Below, one piece after another: positions 27,876 through 36,391 of a stretch of 46,135 nucleotides of DNA. The notes under the pieces are model-generated. The model did no database searches and was not told the origin of the DNA. It saw nothing but the letters and a program-made list of their open reading frames with translations. Numbering within the stretch: the first letter of the stretch is position 1; each line of letters opens with the position of its first letter. Location: the NCBI GenBank assembly GCA_026396455.1, contig JAPLWT010000031.1, positions 1 through 46,135 on the forward strand, read 5' to 3'. The DNA comes from Candidatus Micrarchaeota archaeon. Its GTDB lineage: Archaea; Micrarchaeota; Micrarchaeia; Burarchaeales; Fermentimicrarchaeaceae. The position numbers and the translations under genes were made by a program.

Positions 27876-29030
27876 ATGGTTGCAGCCGACTCTGCCAGCA
27901 TTCTGCCAGACGACGAGGTTCTCCTCAGGATGGGGAAGGATTTTGAAAGAGCTGCAAGCATCATAAAAAGCTATGTGGACCGCCGCAGCCCGATCGTGAT
28001 CAGATACCACGCGGATTGCGATGGAATATGCTCCGCCATTTCCATATACTTATCTATCAAGCGAATGGTGGGAGAAAAGGAGTGGCCGGAGTACAGGAAA
28101 AAGCTCCTTATCTTCAAGAATCCTTCGCCAATGTACTCCATCCCAAGCGTGTTGGATGACATCGAGCTTGTAAGGCACATGCAATCCTCAGCACCGCCTC
28201 TGGCTATACTGCTTGATTTCTCCGTAAATTCAGAAAGCCTAGAAACTCTCAAAACTCTCAGAAGGACGAAATTCGATATAGTCATTGCGGACCACCATCC
28301 GCCAGAAGCAGAGGTAAAACAGATAGCGACTCTGCTGGTTTCGCCATGGTTGCATGGCGGCAATTCCGACTATGCGGCAGGCTTGATTGCAGGTGAGATA
28401 GCCAGGAAACTCAGACCTTTCGATGGTATCTCCGAGCTTGAGAAGATCTCTCTTACTGGGGACAGGAGCAAGCTCCCGATAAAGCAGGAGGAGCATATTA
28501 ACCGTAAGGCGCTTGTGCTGGATTTCATGTCCTCAAGCGATGATTTTGCGGAGAGCCTCGAGACGTACTATCCTGTCTTAAAAGACCCCAAAAAAGTAGA
28601 TTCCATATACAAGACTGCAATGAAGAAAATCGAGGATGTGAAGAAGCAGGCATTGAACTATTCCAAGCTGAAGGAACTGGACAATGGATTCAAGGTTGTG
28701 CTCGTAAGGCTTGAAAAACTTAAGGTGGGGAAGTTCCCACCGAAAGGCAGGATATGCGGGGAGGTTCATGATGAGTTCAGCAAGAAGCTGGATGCTCCCC
28801 TGGTGACTGTTGCATACAATGATAGGGCGATGCATATAAGAGCCAATGTCAAGGCAAGGGAAGCAGGCTTCAATGCGAATAGGCTCATAGGTGAATTGAA
28901 AAGCGAGATGAGCAATGCCATTGAGAGCGGAGGGGGCCATGATGTTGCAGCAGGAATAAGGCTTAATGCTGGTTTTGAGAGGATGGTGCGGGACGATTTG
29001 GTGAGAAAGATAAGCGAAATAGGAAGTTAA
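27876..29030 (+). CDS. DHH-family phosphoesterase, RecJ/GAN-like
   Basis: Motifs are HADCDGICSA (DHH motif I-II region), IADHHP (DHH) and GGGHDVAAG (DHHA1). Confidence 0.8.
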   Translation: MVAADSASILPDDEVLLRMGKDFERAASIIKSYVDRRSPIVIRYHADCDGICSAISIYLSIKRMVGEKEWPEYRKKLLIFKNPSPMYSIPSVLDDIELVRHMQSSAPPLAILLDFSVNSESLETLKTLRRTKFDIVIADHHPPEAEVKQIATLLVSPWLHGGNSDYAAGLIAGEIARKLRPFDGISELEKISLTGDRSKLPIKQEEHINRKALVLDFMSSSDDFAESLETYYPVLKDPKKVDSIYKTAMKKIEDVKKQALNYSKLKELDNGFKVVLVRLEKLKVGKFPPKGRICGEVHDEFSKKLDAPLVTVAYNDRAMHIRANVKAREAGFNANRLIGELKSEMSNAIESGGGHDVAAGIRLNAGFERMVRDDLVRKISEIGS

Positions 29031-29061
29031 TTAAATCTGAATTTCTAAAATATCTCTGCGC

Positions 29062-29230
29062 GGGGCCATGGTATAACTTGGCAGAACAACAGGCTCCAGT
29101 TCCTTTTGTAAAGGAGCATTGTTACAGGTGTGATGACTCGAAAGAGAATGATTTAGAATTGGAGCATTGAGGAAAGATGAGATGCTTTATGAGACACCTG
29201 TTAATGAGGGTTCAAATCCCTCTGGCCCCA
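29062..29230 (+). tRNA. tRNA-Trp (CCA) with a 96-nt intron at 37/38 (29100-29195)
   Basis: Acceptor is GGGGCCA/TGGCCCC. The anticodon stem ACAGG/CCTGT has loop CT-CCA-G|intron|A. The T arm is GAGGG-TTCAAAT-CCCTC. The intron contains GTGATGA (box C). Confidence 0.85.
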
Positions 29231-29261
29231 TATTAATTTATACTCCCAGACAGATTATCTA

Positions 29262-29585
29262 ATGGGTGGTAAAATGACCTGGAAAGAATTTCTGATGCCC
29301 GACTGGAGAAAGGTTATTTTGTTTATTATAACAACGATCGGAGTTAATTATTATATCATTTCAACTACTGTTATCTTAGATGCAAGAATTCTTGTTGGTT
29401 TACCATTAGGTTTTTGGCCAGTTGGAAGTAATTTTATTCGGGCTGGGGAACAAATTCCGCCATCTGTTGATTTTTCATTTACAAATCTTATTATTGATGT
29501 GATATTCTGGTATCTCCTCTCCTGCATTATAGTCTGGACTTATGATAAGTTGAAGAAAAAACCAGAGAAGAAAAAGAAGAGATGA
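29262..29585 (+). CDS. small membrane protein (107 aa) with Lys-rich tail
   Basis: AT-rich ORF with 2-3 hydrophobic helices and a C-terminal KKKPEKKKKR. It lies between tRNA-Trp and a duplicated tRNA 3' end. Confidence 0.45.
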   Translation: MGGKMTWKEFLMPDWRKVILFIITTIGVNYYIISTTVILDARILVGLPLGFWPVGSNFIRAGEQIPPSVDFSFTNLIIDVIFWYLLSCIIVWTYDKLKKKPEKKKKR

Positions 29586-29642
29586 TTTTATGGAATCAGA
29601 AAGAAAGCAGGAGGGTAGAGGGAACCAAAGGGGTTCCTCTGG

Positions 29643-29662
29643 TTTAAATCCCTCTGGTCCCA
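29643..29662 (+). repeat. direct repeat of the tRNA-Trp 3' end (att-like remnant)
   Basis: TTTAAATCCCTCTGGTCCCA matches 29211-29230 (TTCAAATCCCTCTGGCCCCA) at 18 of 20 positions. The upstream sequence cannot form a T stem. Confidence 0.5.
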
Positions 29663-29810
29663 CTCCTATTTTCAAATTAGACTAAATTTGTTGTTGACTT
29701 GAATAACTATTTTCTCTAGAAAACAGAAAGCCTTATATGCCAGAATGTTATATACTTCTAACATAAAGTTATATTAAGATAACAAATAGTTAAAAATAAA
29801 TAACAAAGAG

Positions 29811-30212
29811 GTGGGGCAGGTGGAAGTTACAAACGTTAAGAAACGCTCGCTGCGCGTTTTATTTTTTGCCGCCATAGTGATACTCGGAGGAGTCATTCTT
29901 TCTGTTCCTGGATATGTTGATGCAAAGACTGCTCCGTATATAATGTCCATCGGGGTAGCAATGCTTTTCGTTGGCATAGCAATTCAGTTCAGGAAGGAGG
30001 ACATAATAGATGAGAGGACAAAGAAAATTGATATGGCTGCACTTGCCTATTCCTGGCGGTTTACTTTCATAGTCATAGCTTTGCTGATGCTAGTGAACGA
30101 ATTCACGACTATTAAACTCGGTACCGAAGCTGTCCTAAGCATCATTTTCTTCTTTATGGCAGCGAGCCAGATCGCGTTGACCTGGAATTTCAACAGAAGA
30201 GGTGATGTGTGA
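29811..30212 (+). CDS. membrane protein (about 4 TM)
   Basis: Hydrophobic ORF whose end overlaps the next ORF by 4 nt (GTGA). Confidence 0.5.
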   Translation: MGQVEVTNVKKRSLRVLFFAAIVILGGVILSVPGYVDAKTAPYIMSIGVAMLFVGIAIQFRKEDIIDERTKKIDMAALAYSWRFTFIVIALLMLVNEFTTIKLGTEAVLSIIFFFMAASQIALTWNFNRRGDV

Positions 30213-30667
30213 TGAAAACGAATATAAAAAATAAACCCAAGAGTATTGGGAAGGATAGGACCGTGATTATTGCAGGATTCGTTGTATCTGCCTTAGTGCT
30301 TGCGACTTTGGTTCTTTGGGTAACAAACATGGGCAGTATTAACCTGTTTGAATCTCTGAGCATTCTGATAATACTCTTTTTGGTGATAAGTGCCGCTTGG
30401 ATTTTGGTGGATAGGACGAGGAATATGAGAGCGGGTCTCCCTGCCAAGGATGAGATGACAGTGAAGTTGATGCACAAAGCTGGGTACTATGCATACCTGG
30501 CTTCCATATACATCGCATTGGCGTTGATGTGGTACAGCGACTCCCTGGAAGACTCTGGCGGTGCGGGGCTTGATGCAGGGCAGGTCGGCGGGGCGATAAT
30601 CCTGCTGTCTGCAATAGTTCTCATGGGCTCTTACTTCTATCTCAGCCACAAAGGGGCTGCGGAGTAG
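30209..30667 (+). CDS. membrane protein (about 4 TM)
   Basis: Hydrophobic ORF. An XRE regulator gene follows 9 nt downstream. Confidence 0.5.
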   Translation: MMKTNIKNKPKSIGKDRTVIIAGFVVSALVLATLVLWVTNMGSINLFESLSILIILFLVISAAWILVDRTRNMRAGLPAKDEMTVKLMHKAGYYAYLASIYIALALMWYSDSLEDSGGAGLDAGQVGGAIILLSAIVLMGSYFYLSHKGAAE

Positions 30668-30676
30668 TGTGTTCAA

Positions 30677-30874
30677 ATGAAGACAAGAATAAAGGAGTTC
30701 AGAGCAAAGTACGATTTGACCCAGGAGCAGCTTGCGCAGAAGGTCGGAGTTAGGAGGGAGACCATTGTTTTTCTTGAAGCTGGAAAATACAACCCCTCTC
30801 TTAAACTGGCTCATGATGTAGCCAAAGCACTAAAAACGACAATTGATGAGTTATTTGTTTTCACAAGAGATTAA
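30677..30874 (+). CDS. XRE/Cro-type helix-turn-helix transcriptional regulator (65 aa)
   Basis: [48 protein letters not shown] is a classic HTH_3 pattern. Confidence 0.85.
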   Translation: MKTRIKEFRAKYDLTQEQLAQKVGVRRETIVFLEAGKYNPSLKLAHDVAKALKTTIDELFVFTRD

Positions 30875-30996
30875 GCCCGTGCAAACGCAAGTAGTTGTTG
30901 AGAATTGATAAACGGATGGAGCTCTTGTCTTGCTTTCTCTAGTATTCGAATAGCGAGAGAGCTATATTAATATTTAAATAAGTCTAATATTAGTCT

Positions 30997-31764
30997 GTGA
31001 GAACTGTAAATAAATCTATTAAGTTGTACTTTGTCCTCATTTTACTTCTCCACGAAATAGCGGCACATCCTGGGTGGGTCCAGACGGGAGTCACTGCCTA
31101 TTATGACGGTATCGGAGCATTCAAAAAGGGAGGAGAGTACAACTCCGGGGCTAGGATGGATATCATAGAAAAAGTTGACAGCGAGAACAACGGCAATATC
31201 TTAGTAACTACTACCTTCAGGGAGCCCACTTCAGGTTACACCATAATAAACACCTCAACCTACGGCCCGAATGATGCTTTGGGGGCATTCTGGTATGATG
31301 ATAAAGCGCTTCAAAATATGAAAACCGGCGACAAGGTAAATGTTTTCATCAAGGGTGTTGGCAATATACCCTTCACAGCTACCAAAGGACCATATCAAGA
31401 CGCTACTGGAAAAGTATGGGATGCCGTGATGCTTGAGGTGAAGGATACTGCTGAGTTCAGGCTGATTTATGATGTTAATACAGGCCTCCTCATCCACCAG
31501 GCAGAGGTCTACCCTAACCAGGAAACATACGTCGACTTCAAATCTATAAGCGTGGATTTGTCGACATACCAGGCTGCTGGTGGCTCGATAACGCCTCCGG
31601 TGAACCCCGCGATAGGCGGGCAGGATAACAAGAATAATACTCAAGCGACTGGAATCCTCGGAAACCTTACTGGCGGCTTGGGTATACCGAGCATTAATTC
31701 CTGCAGTAGTGCATTCTTTATACTAGCCGGAGTTTCTTTGGCTTTCATAAAAGGTGTGATATGA
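30997..31764 (+). CDS. secreted protein with C-terminal membrane anchor
   Basis: GTG start, signal-like N-terminus, and a C-terminal hydrophobic segment FFILAGVSLAFIKGVI. The gene overlaps the protease gene by 4 nt (ATGA). Confidence 0.5.
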   Translation: MRTVNKSIKLYFVLILLLHEIAAHPGWVQTGVTAYYDGIGAFKKGGEYNSGARMDIIEKVDSENNGNILVTTTFREPTSGYTIINTSTYGPNDALGAFWYDDKALQNMKTGDKVNVFIKGVGNIPFTATKGPYQDATGKVWDAVMLEVKDTAEFRLIYDVNTGLLIHQAEVYPNQETYVDFKSISVDLSTYQAAGGSITPPVNPAIGGQDNKNNTQATGILGNLTGGLGIPSINSCSSAFFILAGVSLAFIKGVI

Positions 31765-34706
31765 TAAACCGTTGTCTCATATATACGCTAGTAGTCCTGC
31801 TTTTTCTCACTGGCTGCTGCGGATTGAGCTACAAGAATCTGGAGGACTTGGTCTCTTCTAATCAGACCAGCGGAGTTGGAAACCTGCTCCCAACGCAGCC
31901 GGAATGGACGTATATTGTCTACATGGATGGAAACAACAACATAGAACAGGATGCAATTTCGGATTTTCTTGAGATGGAGCGAGGAGGCGGCTCCACCAAC
32001 AATGTTAATGTTGTGGTCCAGATGGCCCGCGGGGGGTACTACGCAGGTGAAGGAGGGTGGACCGGTGCGAGGAGGTTTCTTGTGGGAGCGGGTAACGGGC
32101 AGAATATGACCTCCCCGATACTGGAAGACATTGGAAATCCGGACATGGGGAGCCCTGACACGCTTTACAACTTTGTTTCTTGGGCTGTTGACAGGTACCC
32201 TGCAAAGAAATATGCAGTAGTTATCTGGAATCACGGAGGTGGATGGACCGGAATGCTGCAGGATGATGTCCATAACACAAGCATGAGCCTTGGAGAGATG
32301 CGCCAGGCTTTTACTAACATAAACCAGAAGCTCGGGAGAAAGATGGATGTGATTGTTTTTGACATGTGCCTCATGGGTCAGTATGACGTGATGCTTGATA
32401 CCTATCAGTATGCGGATTATATGGTTGCGTCAGAGGAGAGCGTTCCAGGCTACAGCTACGATTATACAACGGTGATTGGGGGTCTTACTTCAAAACCTGC
32501 AATGAGTCCGCGCGACCTTGCAGCCATGGAGGTTGAGAAATTCAGGGAATTCTATCAGGACAAGGAGTACGCCACAACAATGAGCGCTTATGACCTTTCT
32601 AAATTTCCGCAGCTCAAGCAGGCTTTTGATGCTTTTGCAGAGGCACTCACAGCCCATGTGAAGAACGGAGGATGGAAAGATGTTGCGGAGATGCACCAGT
32701 ATGCAGACCACTACCCCCTAGGAAGCGATGAAGAAAGGATATTTTCCTTCGGCGACCTTTATGATTTTGCGTCAAACGGCATTGCATACTCGTTCAATGA
32801 TAGCGATCTGGGGGATACGGCAATGGCGTTGCAGACTGCGATAAACAGCACGGTGATTGCAGACTACAACCACCCGAAGCATGCACGCTCATACGGTGTT
32901 TCATACTACTTCCAGCCTGCGAAATGGATTTATTCAAAGATAAATGCGGATAGCTACCCACAAACAACCGCTTACAACCAGCAGGCATGGAGAGATTTTC
33001 TCGCGGCGTATTACGCCAAGGAGAACATGAACTCAACGAAGCCGGTCATATCGAATTTTGAAGTCTCCCCAGTTGCTTCGCTTGTAAGACCGATCAGATT
33101 TTCCTACAGCATGTTTGGCTCCAACATTGTGAAGAACCAGTGGCTCCAGTTCTATTACGAGAACGGGGAATGGAAGCTTGCGCGCATCATAAGCCAGAGG
33201 GCTGTCACTACACTCGCAAACGGAAAAACGGTTTATGGGATTTCTGACGGGGCAAGCGAGGGGGTTGGGAGAAGCTCAACTGTCGAGATGCGCCTGACTG
33301 ACGGGACAAGGAGCGACAGGGTAACGGTCGACAAGAGATGGCCCGCAGAGGACTTTTTTGTGGTGGGAGGCGTTTACCAGCGGGGAAACGAGAAGGCGGA
33401 CGCGCAACTGTACTTCTACGAGTCAAATGGAAGCATTGCAAATGTCCAGATAACCGTGCAGGGACCGGATGGGCAGCCCGTGGTTGGTTACCTGCCCTCC
33501 CTGGAGGACGGGGACGTTTTCACTCCGTATATCTACAAACTCGCCCAGACAGGGCTTGTTCAGGCGGAGAGCCAGCCGCTTACTTATAACACAGGCGCGG
33601 GCTTTGAGCTGGAGTGGCACCTGCTCGAGCCAGGAACTTACATGGTTGCCGACATGCTCACCGACCTAGTAAACCAGAACAGTTACGTTGTCGGAACGTT
33701 GAAAGTTGGGCAGCAGCCAACCCTAACACCTCTCACGCAAGATGATTTGAACAGGAACTGGGAATGCGGCCAGATAGAAGAGGGAATCACCGTGCAATAT
33801 AGGGCAGATTTCAACTTCTCCGGAGGGAAATGCGTAATGAGCGACGGGCTTGGAGTCTCTGAGTGCGAGCTTACCTATTCAGATAAGGCAATACCGCACA
33901 TGCACGTTTACATGAAGGATAGGTTCGAAACCCTGCATTTCATAGCTTCAAGAGTGAATGACAACGCGATGTGGCTGTTTGAGCTTGCGGGAACAGACCC
34001 GATCTACTGCATAACTTCCGGGAGCACCCCTCCTTCAATCTCGGTTTACAAGAATCTTTATGCAAGCGTTGGCGATAACGGGGAGGATTTGGATGAGAGA
34101 CAGGTTGACTCCGAAGGGATGAGAGGCAGCTGGGAAAGCCCTGCCAACCAAATGGCATTGACGTTCAATGATGACGGAACATTCAGGTGGACCATCAGCA
34201 CGCATGCAATAAACGGAAGGTATTCTGTGAACAAGACGTATATAGCTCTCAACGCAGTTTCTCCCTCGCCAGAGTACTCAACAACTTTCTACTACCTAAG
34301 GGGGAAGCATAAGCTCGTTCTATATGATAACTCAAACAAGGCGATAGTCTTCAACAGGCCTGGCGAGACGATTCCAGAAGCATCAAACGCGCCTGCCCCG
34401 GCGGTTGCGCCCGGAACGGCACCGAGCCAGCCTCAGCAGCAACCAGTCCAGCCTCAGGCTCCCCCGAACCAGCTCGTGGGGCAGTGGTACAATCCGTATA
34501 CGCAAACTCTCCTGACGCTTGGTGCAGATGGCTATTACACCTTGCTTGATGGTCCAAATTACTATTACGGGATGTATACGGTTCAGGGAAATATATTAAC
34601 GCTGAGCTATGCTGGGATGACTTTCCAGTACTATTACCAGCTGAGCGGCAATACTTTGACTCTGCAGGGGCAGGGAATAACAATAGCACTAACGAAAACT
34701 GCCTAG
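31761..34706 (+). CDS. large secreted clostripain-like (peptidase C11 family) cysteine protease lipoprotein
   Basis: Has an LFLTGCCG lipobox-like signal. The His-Gly motif is VIWNHGGGWTG and the Cys motif is VFDMCLMGQYD. A P/Q-rich linker (PAPAVAPGTAPSQPQQQPVQPQAPP) separates two similar GxW...F..DGtF...G.Y...L.L modules. Confidence 0.7.
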   Translation: MINRCLIYTLVVLLFLTGCCGLSYKNLEDLVSSNQTSGVGNLLPTQPEWTYIVYMDGNNNIEQDAISDFLEMERGGGSTNNVNVVVQMARGGYYAGEGGWTGARRFLVGAGNGQNMTSPILEDIGNPDMGSPDTLYNFVSWAVDRYPAKKYAVVIWNHGGGWTGMLQDDVHNTSMSLGEMRQAFTNINQKLGRKMDVIVFDMCLMGQYDVMLDTYQYADYMVASEESVPGYSYDYTTVIGGLTSKPAMSPRDLAAMEVEKFREFYQDKEYATTMSAYDLSKFPQLKQAFDAFAEALTAHVKNGGWKDVAEMHQYADHYPLGSDEERIFSFGDLYDFASNGIAYSFNDSDLGDTAMALQTAINSTVIADYNHPKHARSYGVSYYFQPAKWIYSKINADSYPQTTAYNQQAWRDFLAAYYAKENMNSTKPVISNFEVSPVASLVRPIRFSYSMFGSNIVKNQWLQFYYENGEWKLARIISQRAVTTLANGKTVYGISDGASEGVGRSSTVEMRLTDGTRSDRVTVDKRWPAEDFFVVGGVYQRGNEKADAQLYFYESNGSIANVQITVQGPDGQPVVGYLPSLEDGDVFTPYIYKLAQTGLVQAESQPLTYNTGAGFELEWHLLEPGTYMVADMLTDLVNQNSYVVGTLKVGQQPTLTPLTQDDLNRNWECGQIEEGITVQYRADFNFSGGKCVMSDGLGVSECELTYSDKAIPHMHVYMKDRFETLHFIASRVNDNAMWLFELAGTDPIYCITSGSTPPSISVYKNLYASVGDNGEDLDERQVDSEGMRGSWESPANQMALTFNDDGTFRWTISTHAINGRYSVNKTYIALNAVSPSPEYSTTFYYLRGKHKLVLYDNSNKAIVFNRPGETIPEASNAPAPAVAPGTAPSQPQQQPVQPQAPPNQLVGQWYNPYTQTLLTLGADGYYTLLDGPNYYYGMYTVQGNILTLSYAGMTFQYYYQLSGNTLTLQGQGITIALTKTA

Positions 34707-34765
34707 CGGGGAACAGTAGCTCAAAATCAATAAATATATCGCTTGCCTTATCCTAGGGTGGGTAG

Positions 34766-35707
34766 ATGAGATACAAATGGGTTGATGTATACCGGGGAAT
34801 AGCAGTGCTATTCATGGTAACACTGCACTTTTTCGTAGACATCTTCCCCGTGTCCCCGATTCCATTCCTCAACTACGAAGTAAGGGGCGTAATCTCGATT
34901 GGGGATATGGCAATTGCGCTCTTCCTTTTCATATCAGGAGTTTCCACCTACCTTTCCATCTCGCAAAGGAAGAAATCGGAGAGCGAAGATGATGCAGTAA
35001 AGCACGTGATACTGAGGTATGCAAAGATATTCGTAATAGGTCTCCTGCTTGATATCCTGCTCATATGCTTCGCAGAAAGAGTATGGTGGGTGCTTGAGAC
35101 AATAAGCCTGGCAGGCATCCTCTCATTGTTCTTCATTCCCAAATGCTTCTCTTGGAAGATGAAAGTATTCTCCATAGTCGTCATAGGGCTATGCTACTCC
35201 TACATCACCTCAATACCTGAGATCTACTCGATGGCTTTAGCATTCCCCAATGGCGGCATTCTCGGCTCAGTTCCCATGAGCGGAATTGTGCTGTTAGGGT
35301 ACATGAGTGGCGAGCTCATAATGAAGAAAAGGAGGCAGTCCCTTCCCGTCTTCATCAGGGCAGGGATACTCCTCCTGCTCGCAGGCTTTATGTTGAGCAG
35401 GTTCATCACTTACGACAGGTGGATAGGCAATCTCCCGTTCGTAATCCTCTCATCAGGCTTTTCCATCCTGCTGATGGTCGCGGTATACTGGCTCGTTGAG
35501 ATCAAGAGAATAACTTCGGCAATACTTTCGGACTTTGGGCAGTCCGCATTGCTGATGTTTGCGCTGAACTACCCAGTGCTTGCGCTTGCGGCGAATATGA
35601 ATCTAATGAACTCATTCAGCATAACAGAAGCAGCTTTAATAACACTTATTCTGGTCGCATTCCTCTACATTGCAGCAAGGCTGAGGCGTTCATTCACCAA
35701 ATCTTAG
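34766..35707 (+). CDS. DUF1624/HGSNAT-like membrane acyltransferase-family protein
   Basis: The N-terminus RYKWVDVYRGIAVLFMVTLHFF is followed by about 9 TM helices. Confidence 0.65.
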   Translation: MRYKWVDVYRGIAVLFMVTLHFFVDIFPVSPIPFLNYEVRGVISIGDMAIALFLFISGVSTYLSISQRKKSESEDDAVKHVILRYAKIFVIGLLLDILLICFAERVWWVLETISLAGILSLFFIPKCFSWKMKVFSIVVIGLCYSYITSIPEIYSMALAFPNGGILGSVPMSGIVLLGYMSGELIMKKRRQSLPVFIRAGILLLLAGFMLSRFITYDRWIGNLPFVILSSGFSILLMVAVYWLVEIKRITSAILSDFGQSALLMFALNYPVLALAANMNLMNSFSITEAALITLILVAFLYIAARLRRSFTKS

Positions 35708-36299
35708 GGTTCAGCTTCATCTCAAGCCACACCTTCAGAGTCTCCTTGGGCCTGATTCCCTCCAGCCTTCCAATCTCCTTCCCTTTCTTGAAAACTATGA
35801 GTGTTGGAGTCGAGGTTATAGAGTACTTCTTCCTGCTCTTTGGATTGTCCGCAACTTTTATGTAAGCAACCTTGAGTTCCTCCCCGTAGTCTTTTTCAAT
35901 ATTTTTCAGGAAAGGAGCAATAACTCCGCTGTGCGCACCCCAGAAGTTGACCAGAGTTGGTACCTTGGAGCCAATTTTCTTCTTGAAATTCGAATCATTG
36001 AGCGCTACCTTGCCCATCCTGCCGGGCTTGCTGCCGTATATCTTGGCTATGTGGGCATTCCTGTTGAACTTCGCCTTCTTTGATTTTCTTATAAAATCTC
36101 CAAGCTCATCATCATCTTTCGCAAGCTTCACTGCGAGGTACGGGCATGCCCTCACGCACAGCATGCATGCCGTGCATTTATCATTGTCAATCTCGACAGT
36201 GCCCTTCTTATCCTGGTAAATAGCATTCCTCGGGCATACGTTCATCAAATCGCATATCTGCTGCTTCTCGCAGATTCTGGGGTCTATAAATACCGGCAT
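35694..36299 (-). CDS. 2x[4Fe-4S] ferredoxin domain fused to a thioredoxin-fold domain lacking CxxC
   Basis: CxxC...CP and CTACMLCVRACP cluster motifs are present. The C-terminal Trx-like region reads LVNFWGAHSGVIAPF...STPTLIVFKKGKE, with WGAHSG in place of WCGPC. Confidence 0.65.
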   Translation of the reverse strand: MPVFIDPRICEKQQICDLMNVCPRNAIYQDKKGTVEIDNDKCTACMLCVRACPYLAVKLAKDDDELGDFIRKSKKAKFNRNAHIAKIYGSKPGRMGKVALNDSNFKKKIGSKVPTLVNFWGAHSGVIAPFLKNIEKDYGEELKVAYIKVADNPKSRKKYSITSTPTLIVFKKGKEIGRLEGIRPKETLKVWLEMKLNPKIW

Positions 36300-36357
36300 A
36301 TCGACAACTCCTATGTCTTTTCACATTTGGTATATAAAATCTTTCCTGAATTATACA

Positions 36358-36365
36358 TTTTTATA
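36358..36365 (+). promoter_or_regulatory. TATA box (TTTTTATA) for proS
   Basis: Lies about 30 nt upstream of the ATG at 36392. Confidence 0.4.
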
Positions 36366-36391
36366 CCCCACTGGAGAATTAATCATGTTCT

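Noticed and set aside
29581-29662. A possible split-tRNA 3' half or second tRNA gene downstream of tRNA-Trp.
   Set aside because: Only the last about 20 nt resemble a tRNA. The would-be T stem (TCTGG versus CCCTC) does not pair, and no anticodon arm can be drawn. I interpret it as a displaced att-like fragment instead.
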